From Clostridia bacterium (GTDB taxonomy: Bacteria; Bacillota; Clostridia; Oscillospirales; CAG-272), in the NCBI GenBank assembly GCA_017959065.1, contig JAGDBK010000003.1, positions 1-63,484 on the forward strand: 63,484 bases of DNA. Direction: 5' to 3'. The stretch's first letter is position 1; each line of letters starts with the position of its first letter. Both the position numbers and the translations under genes were made by a program. Of this stretch, positions 36,666 through 46,856 are shown in pieces. The notes below the pieces were generated by a model, which saw only the letters and a list, made by a program, of their open reading frames with translations, searched no databases and was not told where the DNA came from.

Positions 36666-38938
36666 TTCTCCTCCTGCTCCTGTGACCTGTATCCGCATTC
36701 CTTATCTGCGCAGTATAGGATATTCTTTGCTTTTTTAATAAACAGGGTCTTGCCGCATTTCGGACATTTTTGATCTGTAGGCATGTCCCATGACGAAAAC
36801 TTGCAGTCCGGATATCTCTCGCAAACGTAATAGACCTTTTTGGTCTTTGTGAATCTTTGAACTATCTTTGCGCCGCAGTCGGGACAGGCAACTCCTATCT
36901 CGTTGTTGATCGGCTTTGTGTTTTTGCATTTAGGGTAGTTTTCGCAGGCATAGAAACTGCCGTATCGTCCTTCCCTTATCACCATGTCGGCACCGCAGAC
37001 ATCGCATTTGAATCCGGCTTTTTTGATTTCCTTCTCTTTCTTGGCAACGGGCTTCCCGTCCTTGCCGAGAGGCAGAGTGTTCTTGCAGGCGGGATAGTTG
37101 GGACATGCGGCGAATTTTCCGAATCTGCCTGATTTTACGACCATTCTGCTTCCGCATTTGTCGCAGATGATGTCGGTCTCTTCCGCGAACGAAGGCTGGG
37201 AAGAGTGGATTTCGCCCTTTCCGGACGACTCCGCGTCCGAAAGCTCGCTCTTGAGGATATCATAGAAATCCTCGAGAACGCTGTTCATCGAAACGGTCCC
37301 GTTCTCGATCTCGTCAAGCCTGGATTCCATTTTCGCCGTGAACGGGTAGTCGACTATCTCGGGAAAATACTCGGTCATTATCCGTGTGGTGACTTCACCG
37401 AGTTTGGTCGGGACAAGAGATTTGCCTTCTCTGGTGACGTATGACCTGGCGATGATAGTCGTTATAATCGGGGTATACGTGCTGGGACGGCCGATGCCCT
37501 TCTCCTCAAGGAACTTGATCAGGGATGCTTCGGTAAACCTTGCTGGAGGCTCTGTATATTTCTGCTGCGGTATGATCTCACCTGTCTTCATGACTTCTCC
37601 TTCTTTGACTGAAGGAAGTCTGATGTTGTCCTCGGGGACGTCGGAAGAGTCGTTGTCTTTTTCGTCCGCCGAATTCGAATAAACGGCAAGGTGACCGCGG
37701 AATGACACAACGTATCCGCTTGCCCTGAAAATGAATCCGCTGTTTTCGAAATCCATCGAGACCGTATCAAGTACGGCATTGGCCATCTGACTCGCGATGA
37801 ATCTGTCCCAGATAAGTTTGTAGAGCCTGTACTGGTCGGAGGAAAGATGCTTTTTTATTGCCTGGGGCTCAAAGCTGAGATTGACGGGCCTGATGGCTTC
37901 ATGCGCATCCTGCGCGTTTGCTTTCTGGGTGTAGATCCTGCGCTTTTCGGGGAGATAGTCTTCCCCGTACTTTTCCCTAATGTACTCTGAAGCTGCGGCT
38001 GCGGCCTCATCGGATATCCTGAGCGAGTCCGTTCTCATATAGGAGATAAGACCGTGTACTCCGCCGAATTCAGCTCCCAGATCTATACCTTCGTACAGTT
38101 CCTGGGCGACCCTCATGATGCGCTGAGACTGGAATCCGAGCTTCTTTGACGCTTCCTGCTGCATCGTCGAAGTCGTGAACGGAGGCAGAGGCGATTTCTG
38201 TTTTGCGGCTTTTTTGACGCTTTTCGCAACGAAAGAATTACTGCTGACGGCATCGATTATTCTGTTAGTCTGGTCTTCGTTCGAGAGAGTTATCTTTCCG
38301 CTGCCGTCTCCGACGAATCTCGCCCTGACGGTTTTGCCTTCGGAATTGATCAGAACTGCGTCGAGAGTCCAGTACTCTTCCGGAACGAAGGCGCGGATCT
38401 CATTTTCACGTTCGACGATTATCCTTGTGGCAACAGATTGAACACGTCCTGCAGAGAGACCGCTCTTGACTGTTTTCCAAAGGAACGGGCTCAGCTTGTA
38501 TCCGACGAGTCTGTCCAGGATGCGTCTGGTCTGCTGAGCGTTTACGGTGTTCATGTTTATCTCGCGCGGAGACTTGACGGCTTCTCTTACCGCCTTTTTT
38601 GTAAGTTCGTTGAAAGTGATCCTTTTCGTCTTTTTGCTGTCGAGTTCAAGCGCGTTGAACAGATGCCATGATATGGCTTCGCCTTCGCGGTCAGGGTCCG
38701 TCGCAAGATAGATCACGTCTGCAGCGGCGGATTCCTTCTTTAATTCCTTGATGAGTTCTCCCTTTCCGCGGATGTTGATGTAATGGGGCTCAAATCCGTT
38801 GTCTATGTCCACTCCGAGAGAACTTTTGGGCAGATCTCTGACATGGCCTTTTGAAGCGACGATCTTGTAGCCTGAGCCGAGATATCCTTTTATGGTGTTG
38901 ATCTTGAAAGGTGATTCCAGAATAATCAGGTGTGCCAT
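36662..38938 (-). CDS. topA: DNA topoisomerase I
   Basis: Toprim N-terminus, active-site region GLISYMRTDS, and several C-terminal CxxC zinc ribbons. Confidence 0.9.
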   Translation of the reverse strand: MAHLIILESPFKINTIKGYLGSGYKIVASKGHVRDLPKSSLGVDIDNGFEPHYINIRGKGELIKELKKESAAADVIYLATDPDREGEAISWHLFNALELDSKKTKRITFNELTKKAVREAVKSPREINMNTVNAQQTRRILDRLVGYKLSPFLWKTVKSGLSAGRVQSVATRIIVERENEIRAFVPEEYWTLDAVLINSEGKTVRARFVGDGSGKITLSNEDQTNRIIDAVSSNSFVAKSVKKAAKQKSPLPPFTTSTMQQEASKKLGFQSQRIMRVAQELYEGIDLGAEFGGVHGLISYMRTDSLRISDEAAAAASEYIREKYGEDYLPEKRRIYTQKANAQDAHEAIRPVNLSFEPQAIKKHLSSDQYRLYKLIWDRFIASQMANAVLDTVSMDFENSGFIFRASGYVVSFRGHLAVYSNSADEKDNDSSDVPEDNIRLPSVKEGEVMKTGEIIPQQKYTEPPARFTEASLIKFLEEKGIGRPSTYTPIITTIIARSYVTREGKSLVPTKLGEVTTRIMTEYFPEIVDYPFTAKMESRLDEIENGTVSMNSVLEDFYDILKSELSDAESSGKGEIHSSQPSFAEETDIICDKCGSRMVVKSGRFGKFAACPNYPACKNTLPLGKDGKPVAKKEKEIKKAGFKCDVCGADMVIREGRYGSFYACENYPKCKNTKPINNEIGVACPDCGAKIVQRFTKTKKVYYVCERYPDCKFSSWDMPTDQKCPKCGKTLFIKKAKNILYCADKECGYRSQEQEEK

Positions 38939-39015
38939 CAGATAATACAGCGCGTTCTTTGCGCTTCCCTTCTTAAGAAAGTGGTAAAAATCCGTTTAGT
39001 GTTTTCTGTGCGTGA

Positions 39016-39852
39016 TCAGACGCGGCCTTCGGAAACGTACTGCGTCCAGAGGCATACCGCTGCTGCTGCCGCGGCATTCAGAGATTCGATATCTTTTTCC
39101 ATCGGAATGAATATCTTGCCGCAGCAGCTGGATGCAAGTTCAGGAGATATACCGTGCCCCTCGTTCCCGATAAGAAAGACATCGCTTTCACATATGTCCG
39201 CCGACGCCAGGTTTTTTGCTTCCTTGTCAAGTACGGCAGCATAGACTTTTCGGCCTGCCGAAACAAGTTGTGAAACGGCAAGGGCCGTATCCGGAACGTA
39301 GTCTATGGATATGGCAAACGCCGAGCCCATGGATGCCCTCAGAGCCTTCGGTGACGAGATGTCGGCGCAGTTTCCGCCTGCGATGACTCTGTCCGCTCCG
39401 AACGCAGCGGCCGTGCGGATGATCGTACCGAGATTTCCCGGATCCTGGATGCCGTCGAGAACAAGCAGTTTTTCACAGTTTATTGACCCAAACGGATATT
39501 TTTTATCTATTTTATTGAAAAGTCTCCATTTGTCAAGATGCTTTATTTCGGCCACTATCCCCTGTGGGGCGCTCTCCGGCGTTATTTTTTCAAAACACTC
39601 GTCGGAAAGAAGAGTGACTTTTTCATCCAGCGTCATCAGTTCCGGAAGCTGTTCGGAAATCCGGACCAGAGAACTCTGCCGAACATATATTCTGCATATG
39701 TCCGCACCGAATTTTAAGGCTTCACGGATCAGTTTCACACCGTCGGCGAGGAAGCATCCTTCCGAACGCCGGAATGATGTGTCTCTGAGTTTATAGGCCC
39801 GTATCACCGCGGGATTCTTCCGGCTCGTTATGACCGGTCTTTCTTCGTCCAT
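39016..39852 (-). CDS. TrmH/SpoU family RNA 2'-O-methyltransferase
   Basis: DGIQDPGNLGTIIRTA, LIGNEGHGIS, ESLNAAAAAAV motifs. Confidence 0.8.
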   Translation of the reverse strand: MDEERPVITSRKNPAVIRAYKLRDTSFRRSEGCFLADGVKLIREALKFGADICRIYVRQSSLVRISEQLPELMTLDEKVTLLSDECFEKITPESAPQGIVAEIKHLDKWRLFNKIDKKYPFGSINCEKLLVLDGIQDPGNLGTIIRTAAAFGADRVIAGGNCADISSPKALRASMGSAFAISIDYVPDTALAVSQLVSAGRKVYAAVLDKEAKNLASADICESDVFLIGNEGHGISPELASSCCGKIFIPMEKDIESLNAAAAAAVCLWTQYVSEGRV

Positions 39853-39875
39853 TCAATCATTCCTCCGATCGGGGG

Positions 39876-41135
39876 TCAGTTATATGTTCTGTAGAAATCG
39901 CTGAGGAAATCCTGATCTATCGTGTCCGTCACATATTTTACCGCCCTTGAAAACGAGAAAGTGCTGTCATCCTTGTGGCAGCCGTGCTGCTTCGCAAGTT
40001 CTTCTGAATAGTTCTCGAGCAGATAGACCTGAAGCCCGTCCCGGTTCATGCTGTAATGTGTCACCGTGGGTATTATCTGCGGGGACTCTATGTATGGTGC
40101 CATGCCCTCTTCCTTAACAATAGTGAATGTGGCAATCGCGCCGACCATGTTCCACCCGTTGAGCATCGTGGAAAGAAGGTTGCCGAGCGAATAAATGAGC
40201 AGCATTTTTCCGCCGTCCTGTCTCGGTACCCATTTTATCTGCTGGAGAACATGAGGATGATGGCCAATGACTACGTCTACCCCGTTGTCGGCCATAAGCT
40301 GCGCCGTACGTCTCTGAAGCGATGAAGGGCTGAAATTGTCCTCGTCCCCCCAGTGCATTGAAACGAATACAAGATCGGCCATTCCTTTTGCCTTCTTAAT
40401 AAGGTCAACGAGATCTTTATCATTGATATAAGGAATAAACAGGCTGCTGCCCGAATCCAGAGATATGAAGTTGGTATGTTCGGTAAATGACAGAAAGGCT
40501 ATCCGGACGCCCTGCTCCTCATAGATCCTGATGTTCTCGAAATCCGCTCTGTTCCGGTAGCCGCCTAAAAGCATCACAGGCTGCGTATCCCAGAAATCAA
40601 GAGTATTTTCAAGTCCCTTGGCTTTCCAGTCCAGCATATGGTTGTTTGCTATGTTGACAATGTCGAATCCGAGTTCGACAAGAGTCCGTCCCATATCCTG
40701 GGGAGAGTTGAAATACGGGTATCCGTAATACTTCCCTCCGGAGAGTTCGATCCCCCCCATGATTGTCTCCTGATTGATGAATGCTATATCCGCGTTGCCG
40801 ATAAGCGGAGCGATATCGTTGTACATGGGAAGGAAATTATATTCCATCGAACTCTCATTTGCCCGTTTCTTGGCATCGGTGAATATCGCCTCATGTCCGA
40901 TGTTGTCTCCGGCTGCGAGAAAGGATATCCTTACAGCCTCCTGGACCGGCGGATCCGTTACCGGTTCTGTATCCGTCACGCTGATGCCTGAGGTGTCATT
41001 CCGCGTACCGGTACTGTCAAAGTGAGAAGTCGTATCGTTATCGTTTCCGGAATGATCGGCGCAGGAACAGAACAGCGCTGTCACGACGGAAAGAACCAGT
41101 ACGGCGGCGATCCCGCATCTGATCTTATGCATCAT
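39876..41135 (-). CDS. CapA-family (PGA_cap metallophosphatase-like) lipoprotein
   Basis: Lipobox LFCSC and CapA-like body (FLAAGDN..., HWGDE, GHHPHV). Confidence 0.7.
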   Translation of the reverse strand: MMHKIRCGIAAVLVLSVVTALFCSCADHSGNDNDTTSHFDSTGTRNDTSGISVTDTEPVTDPPVQEAVRISFLAAGDNIGHEAIFTDAKKRANESSMEYNFLPMYNDIAPLIGNADIAFINQETIMGGIELSGGKYYGYPYFNSPQDMGRTLVELGFDIVNIANNHMLDWKAKGLENTLDFWDTQPVMLLGGYRNRADFENIRIYEEQGVRIAFLSFTEHTNFISLDSGSSLFIPYINDKDLVDLIKKAKGMADLVFVSMHWGDEDNFSPSSLQRRTAQLMADNGVDVVIGHHPHVLQQIKWVPRQDGGKMLLIYSLGNLLSTMLNGWNMVGAIATFTIVKEEGMAPYIESPQIIPTVTHYSMNRDGLQVYLLENYSEELAKQHGCHKDDSTFSFSRAVKYVTDTIDQDFLSDFYRTYN

Positions 41136-41197
41136 ATATAAACCACCTGTGTGAGTATCGTTGTATTGCCTGTTATCATTATGGATGACATCGGGCG

Positions 41198-42691
41198 TCA
41201 GCTGAGTTTTGTCTTAGACAGCACGAGGAATCTGCCATAGGCATCATCCCACTGTGCTCTGGCTGAATTATCAGGCTCGTACGTTTTGATCTCGACCGAA
41301 TTTCTGACTATCTGCCTTGCTTCGGAAACGTTCTTTATCTCACCGGAGGCGATGATCTGCTCAAGGATATTGCCCATTGCAGTAGCTTCAACGGGTCCGG
41401 CATATACAGGTATGCCGCAGGCATCTGCCGTAAGTTCCGAAAGCATGACCTCCTTGGTGCCGCCGCCGACTATGTTAACGGCTTTGGTGCCTTTTCCGCT
41501 CACTTCGCGTATCCTTTCCACAGTGAGCCTGTATCTGAGAGCAAGACTGTCGAATATGCACCTTACTATCTCACCTTTCGTTTCCGGAGTGCCCTGACCT
41601 GTCTTTTCGCAGTATTCAACTATGCGTTTCGGCATGTTTCCTGGAGGGGCGAAAAGAAGATCGTCGGGATTGATAAGGAACTTGAGAGGAGTGCATTCCT
41701 TGGCCATATTTGTTAGACCGTCAAACGTTATCTGTTCTCCTTCCCTTTCCCACTGGCGCTTGGATTCCTGCTCAAGCCAAAGACCCATGATGTTCTGCAT
41801 AAAACGTATGGTTCCCTCTACACCGCCTTCGTTGGTGAAATCGTTAAGGCGGGCGTTTTCCGTGAGACACGGAGTTTTGAGTTCCTTGCCCATTAGAGAC
41901 CAGGTACCGCTGCTCAGAAATACGAAGTCATCATCGACCGCGGGAACTGATATCACCGCGCTTGCGGTGTCGTGGGAAGCGACATTGATAACTTTTGCGG
42001 ATAGTTCTCCAACTTCTTCCATGACCTCCCGGGAGAGTTCACCGACAGTCGTTCCGGGCGTGACCAGATTCCCGAAAAGTTTCCGCGGAATTCCGAATTT
42101 ATCGAGAATGAGATCTGAATAATCCCTGGTATTGGCATCCAGAAGAAGCCCGGTGGATGTTATGGTGTATTCCGACTGGCGGATCCCGGTCAGAAAGTAA
42201 TTGAACAGGTCGGGAGTGAACAGAAGTGCTTCAGCTATATTGAACAGTTCCGGGTTGTCCCTCTTTGCGGCTATGAGCTGGTAGAGAGTATCGAAAAACT
42301 CAGCCTTTATTCCGGCAATGGAATAAATATCGCTGAAAGGCATGACGGAATCGGCGAATTCCGGAACACCGCCGGTTCGGCTGTCTCTGTAATGAACGGG
42401 AAGCGAGAGAAGTTTCCCGTTTCTGTCCAGGAGTCCGTAATCAACGCCCCAGCTGTCAATGCCGATGGAAACGATGTCACGGTCATCGCCCGAAGCGCAT
42501 TTTCTGATGGCGTTTTTGATCTCGTGAAAAATGCGGGGAGAATCCCAGTGGAGAGTGCCGGCAAGATTCACGGGATCGTTCGAGAAACGGTGATTTTCTC
42601 TGAGAGAAAGCTTTTCACCGTCAAAAGTGCCTATGATGCCTCTTCCGCTCGAAGCGCCCAGGTCGATAGCGAGAAATTTCAGTTCAGACAT
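41198..42691 (-). CDS. rhaB: FGGY-family carbohydrate kinase, rhamnulokinase-like
   Basis: MSELKFLAIDLGASSGRGI...HRFSN..., preceded by GGAGGAAAGAA. The ORF track starts 21 nt earlier. Confidence 0.65.
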   Translation of the reverse strand: MSELKFLAIDLGASSGRGIIGTFDGEKLSLRENHRFSNDPVNLAGTLHWDSPRIFHEIKNAIRKCASGDDRDIVSIGIDSWGVDYGLLDRNGKLLSLPVHYRDSRTGGVPEFADSVMPFSDIYSIAGIKAEFFDTLYQLIAAKRDNPELFNIAEALLFTPDLFNYFLTGIRQSEYTITSTGLLLDANTRDYSDLILDKFGIPRKLFGNLVTPGTTVGELSREVMEEVGELSAKVINVASHDTASAVISVPAVDDDFVFLSSGTWSLMGKELKTPCLTENARLNDFTNEGGVEGTIRFMQNIMGLWLEQESKRQWEREGEQITFDGLTNMAKECTPLKFLINPDDLLFAPPGNMPKRIVEYCEKTGQGTPETKGEIVRCIFDSLALRYRLTVERIREVSGKGTKAVNIVGGGTKEVMLSELTADACGIPVYAGPVEATAMGNILEQIIASGEIKNVSEARQIVRNSVEIKTYEPDNSARAQWDDAYGRFLVLSKTKLS

Positions 42692-42725
42692 TTCTTTCCT
42701 CCAGTGATTCATTCATATTGGTTAC

Positions 42726-43580
42726 TCAGAGTTCTGACACGATCCTGCTGAGAGAAGCGAAACCGAATTCAAAAGCGGACTTGCCGTCGCTGAACCTTCT
42801 GCTTATAACGCTCTTTGCGTCTTCCTCAAGGGATGAAAGGCCGGCGAAGTCCCACAGATGAGGTTCAAGGGTAAGAATATACGTACGTTCCATTTTGTTG
42901 GCATCTGCCAGGATCTCCGGAATGTGTGCGACACCTTCGCCCGCAGGACATATGTCCCCGGATTCGCTGACGTCCTTAATGTGGAAATAGTCGATGCGGT
43001 CTTTCAGCATATCGTAAGCAAGAGGATATGCCTCGAATCTGTTCTGCCCGAAATTCGCGGGATCGAAAACGCATCCGAGTCTGCCGGGAAAGGCATCAAG
43101 AAGAATGAGGCAGTTCTCCGGAGATTCTCCGAATATGCCTTTCTCGTTCTCGTGGAACAGTCTGATACCTTCAGCGTCGGCGATCTCCAGCATCTTTCCT
43201 ATGCGTTCTATCACTTCATCCTTGTAATCCGTATAGTCCCTGGTCTTGTGAGGCATGTAGAAGCTGAACATCCGTATTCTGTCGGCTGAAAGGATATGTG
43301 CGGTCTCGATAGTCCTTTTGAGCTTCTCGATATGTTCGTCAAACTTCGCTGTTATGCGTATCTTTCCGATAGGAGAACCGATGGCGGAGATACCGATGCC
43401 CGAATCTTCAAGTTTGCGGGCTATCTCTTTTGCTTCGGAAGCATCGAGATCGGAAACGTTGGTTCCGTCCACTCCTCTTATCTCCATTAGCGGTATGCCG
43501 AGCTTTTTCAGCCCGAACAACTGTTCGTCAAAAACGCTTGAGTATTCGTCGGCGAATGCGCTGAATATGAATTTTGCCAT
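42726..43580 (-). CDS. Sugar phosphate isomerase/epimerase (xylose-isomerase-like TIM barrel)
   Basis: 284 aa, AP_endonuc_2-like pattern (...HENE..., ...LEPH...). Confidence 0.7.
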   Translation of the reverse strand: MAKFIFSAFADEYSSVFDEQLFGLKKLGIPLMEIRGVDGTNVSDLDASEAKEIARKLEDSGIGISAIGSPIGKIRITAKFDEHIEKLKRTIETAHILSADRIRMFSFYMPHKTRDYTDYKDEVIERIGKMLEIADAEGIRLFHENEKGIFGESPENCLILLDAFPGRLGCVFDPANFGQNRFEAYPLAYDMLKDRIDYFHIKDVSESGDICPAGEGVAHIPEILADANKMERTYILTLEPHLWDFAGLSSLEEDAKSVISRRFSDGKSAFEFGFASLSRIVSEL

Positions 43581-43612
43581 TCTGATCCCTCCGATGGATA
43601 TATTATTTAATG

Positions 43613-46003
43613 TTATTTTATCTTTACCAGTGTGACGCCGGAGTCCCCGTCTCCGAACTCCCCCTGACGGAAGTCAGAGACGCGGCTGTCGTTTTTAAGA
43701 AAGCCCCAGATCGCTTTTTTCAGAGCGCCGGTACCTTTGCCATGTATGATCTTGACTGTCTGGAAAGACGATACTCTCGCATCGTCAAGGAACTTGTCGA
43801 TCGCGATCCAAGCATCTTCCCCGTTTTGACCGCGTACGTCGATCTCCGGATTGAAGCTTCTGTTGACGCTGACAGTGTAGTTTCTGGCGGACTGCTTTTT
43901 CTTGTCCGGACCGATGACAGAGGTATCCGGCATAATAAGCCTGATCTCAGATCTTTTAACTTTTGTCTTGATTATGCCGGCCTGCACCTCGACCCAGTCC
44001 GACCTTTCAGGGATGGAGGTTACCACACCCTTCGTTCCTATTGAAGCTAGAACGACTTCGTCCCCGACCATAAGCTTTCGCGGAAGAACGTAATCGTCTT
44101 CGGGCGTCTCTATTACAGGGTCTGCTCTCTTTCCTGCGTTTCTGAGCTCCTCGCGTACAGCGTTGCGGGCGGTTTCCAGTTCGCTGGAAAAATCCGCAGA
44201 GTCTTTCTTCTTTCTTATCTTGTCCAGTTCCGCAAAAATAAAATCGCTCGAAGCGCGGGCGGAGTCGACCATCTTCTTTGCCTGATCGGATGCGCTGTCC
44301 CGTTCTTTTTTCGCATCGGCGAGAAGTGAATCGATCTGTTTCGTCTTCTCGGACATCATCTGCTCAAAACCCGATTTTTCCGAAAGAAGTTCTTCCCTTT
44401 CCCTGTCAAGCTTCATTCTTGTGCTTTCGAGGCTTGTGATGGTGTTTTCGAATTTACGGTCCTCTTCGCTGATCAGGGACTTGGCCCGGTCAATGACCGC
44501 AGAAGGCAGGCCAAGCCTTGATGATATCTCAAAAGCGTTCGAACGGCCGGGAGCACCGATGATCAGACGGAACGTAGGCTTGAGAGTCTCTACGTCGAAC
44601 TCGCAGGAGGCGTTTGATACTCCTTCAGTGTTGAGTGCGTATGTTTTAAGCTCGGGATAATGGGTCGTGGCAGCGCAGAGAGCTCCTTTGGATCTGAATT
44701 CTTCGAGTATGGATACCGCAAGAGCTGCGCCTTCGACCGGATCCGTGCCCGCACCGAGCTCATCGGTAAGCACGAGAGTCTTTTCGTTTACTTCGAGGAT
44801 AAACGAGATAATGTTCTTCATATGTGAAGAGAATGTGGAGAGCGACATCTCAACGCTCTGCTCGTCACCTATGTCCACGAAGATATCTTCAAATACCGGA
44901 AAGACGGAACCTGATTCAACCGGGACCTGAAGGCCTGACTGGACCATCATCGACAGGAGTCCGATGGTCTTGAGCGTCACTGTCTTTCCGCCCGTGTTTG
45001 GGCCTGTGACCACCAGTGTCGTGAAATCCGAGCCCAGGGAGACGCTGATCGGAACGACCTTGTCCTGTTCTATCAGAGGATGTCGCGCCTTCTTGAGTAT
45101 TATAAGACGTCTGTCGGTCAGGACCGGTTCTTCGGCCTTCATTTCAAAGGAAAGCTGCGCTCTGGCAAAAATGAACGACAGTTCCACCGCGATAGTGTAA
45201 TCGTTAACGATGTTTTCGGCAGATGCTGCTACATCTGCCGTAAGCGCGGCGAGTATCTTCTCGATCTCGTGCGTTTCGGAAGACTGCAGGACGCGAAGGT
45301 CGTTGTTGGCATTTATAACCGATGCCGGTTCGATGAATACAGTTGCGCCGGAGGCTGAAGTGTCGTGTATGAATCCGTTTATCTCGTTGCGGTACTCGCT
45401 TCTGACGGGGATGACATATCTGCCGTTTTTAACCGTAATGATGCTTTCCTGAAGGTATTTGGAGTATTTTGGTTCAGAAACGTAGCTTTGGAGCAGGTTC
45501 CTGATCTTTATATTGGTCTGTTTGATCTTTCTCCTTATGTCCGAAAGAGCGGTGCTTGCCTCGTCGGAGATCATGTCAGGTGCTATTATGGCTTTGGTGA
45601 TTTTGTCTTCAAGAAACCTGTCCGGAGCAAGACTGAAGAATATCCCGTCGAGGACCGTGTCCTGCCTTTTGTCTGTTTTGATATAACTTATAAGAGATCT
45701 CGCGGAGCGGAGAACCCCAGCTATGTCCAGCAGGTCTCCGGGCGATAGAGATGACCCCTTGACAGCTCTGCTTACAAGATCTCTCGGATCTTTAACTGAG
45801 CCGAAAGAGGGCTGTCCTTTTATCGTTATCAGATATCTCGCGCCGCTTGTCTCATCCTGAAGTCTTCTGACCTCGGTCATGCTTCCGGCAGGTGCCAGTT
45901 CCATCGCAAGTGATTTCGCACCTTCGACGGCACAGCATTTTTCAAGCATTTCCCTTATCCTGTAAAACTCAAGGGCTTTTACAGTTCTTTCCGTGTTTGT
46001 CAT
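43613..46003 (-). CDS. mutS2: Endonuclease MutS2
   Basis: 796 aa, TGPNTGGKT Walker A and a C-terminal Smr domain (IIHGKGTGALK). Confidence 0.9.
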   Translation of the reverse strand: MTNTERTVKALEFYRIREMLEKCCAVEGAKSLAMELAPAGSMTEVRRLQDETSGARYLITIKGQPSFGSVKDPRDLVSRAVKGSSLSPGDLLDIAGVLRSARSLISYIKTDKRQDTVLDGIFFSLAPDRFLEDKITKAIIAPDMISDEASTALSDIRRKIKQTNIKIRNLLQSYVSEPKYSKYLQESIITVKNGRYVIPVRSEYRNEINGFIHDTSASGATVFIEPASVINANNDLRVLQSSETHEIEKILAALTADVAASAENIVNDYTIAVELSFIFARAQLSFEMKAEEPVLTDRRLIILKKARHPLIEQDKVVPISVSLGSDFTTLVVTGPNTGGKTVTLKTIGLLSMMVQSGLQVPVESGSVFPVFEDIFVDIGDEQSVEMSLSTFSSHMKNIISFILEVNEKTLVLTDELGAGTDPVEGAALAVSILEEFRSKGALCAATTHYPELKTYALNTEGVSNASCEFDVETLKPTFRLIIGAPGRSNAFEISSRLGLPSAVIDRAKSLISEEDRKFENTITSLESTRMKLDREREELLSEKSGFEQMMSEKTKQIDSLLADAKKERDSASDQAKKMVDSARASSDFIFAELDKIRKKKDSADFSSELETARNAVREELRNAGKRADPVIETPEDDYVLPRKLMVGDEVVLASIGTKGVVTSIPERSDWVEVQAGIIKTKVKRSEIRLIMPDTSVIGPDKKKQSARNYTVSVNRSFNPEIDVRGQNGEDAWIAIDKFLDDARVSSFQTVKIIHGKGTGALKKAIWGFLKNDSRVSDFRQGEFGDGDSGVTLVKIK

Positions 46004-46015
46004 CTGTTCTCCGTA

Positions 46016-46831
46016 TCAATAGTTGTCAGGCCGGTCGCTGCAGACGGATTTGTAGAAATCCAGGGTGCGGAACCTCCTGTCGGTATGATAAATGATATAG
46101 TTCTCACAGACCTTGGAGAAGACTCTGTATGAACTGTCGTCAAGTCTGAACGAGAAAAGCCTTTCCTGTCTGCATCCTGTGACGTACCTGAGTGCGCTCA
46201 GGACATTTGTGTCTATTCGAATAAAGTATTCCGATACATCTCTGGGGTCCACCCCTTGCTCCCCGAGAAGCGCCGCGATGCTTCTGTCATCCCTGCATCC
46301 GCCGCATATTACGGCACCGCCGGTGACATCGAAGAGCATGTCGCCGGCCGGCTCCTTTCCGCAGGAAACACAAGCGTTAAGGTCCGGAAGAAAACCCAGT
46401 TCCGAGGCGATCCTCATCTCAAATGCGCCCTTGACGGCCCTTCGGTCGGAAAGATCGTTTGACAGAGCATAAAGAGCGTTCAGAAGAAGCTTCTCGATAA
46501 CGGAAATGTCTTCCTCATCTGTCGCGAAGTCCTCTGCCACGCTGCACAGATATGAGGCCAGGGCGCTCTTCTCGAGATCGGACCTCAGTCCGTAGAAGTT
46601 CTCTATGAGCTGCGATTCTCTCAGCCAGTACATGTCACCTTTGCTGTACAGAACGAAGCTGCTGTAGCAGAAGGGCTGCACTGAAGCCAGATTGGGGTTT
46701 TTTAGCGATTTGACTCCGTTTGCGATGACTGAAACGATCCCCAGCTCGCTTGTCATAACGGTGAATATCTTGTCCTTCTCACGGTACGGTGTCTCCCTGA
46801 GAACGATACCGGTAGCTTTCTCTAACAGAAT
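46016..46831 (-). CDS. recO: DNA repair protein RecO; the N-terminus probably starts at a non-canonical codon upstream of the first ATG
   Basis: The ORF track gives 46016-46756. The in-frame upstream sequence ..LLEKATGIVLRETPYREKDKIFTV encodes the RecO OB-fold start. The frame opens only at TAA 46849-46847 and contains only ATC/ATT/CTG candidates after GAGGAG. Confidence 0.7.
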   Translation of the reverse strand: MLLEKATGIVLRETPYREKDKIFTVMTSELGIVSVIANGVKSLKNPNLASVQPFCYSSFVLYSKGDMYWLRESQLIENFYGLRSDLEKSALASYLCSVAEDFATDEEDISVIEKLLLNALYALSNDLSDRRAVKGAFEMRIASELGFLPDLNACVSCGKEPAGDMLFDVTGGAVICGGCRDDRSIAALLGEQGVDPRDVSEYFIRIDTNVLSALRYVTGCRQERLFSFRLDDSSYRVFSKVCENYIIYHTDRRFRTLDFYKSVCSDRPDNY

Positions 46832-46856
46832 GATCCGCTCCTCTGCTTAAAGAATG

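Noticed and set aside
36662-37250. Repeated CxxC...CxxC modules at the 3' end of topA
   Set aside because: These are the normal tandem zinc-ribbon domains of bacterial topoisomerase I. They are a protein-level repeat, not a DNA repeat array.
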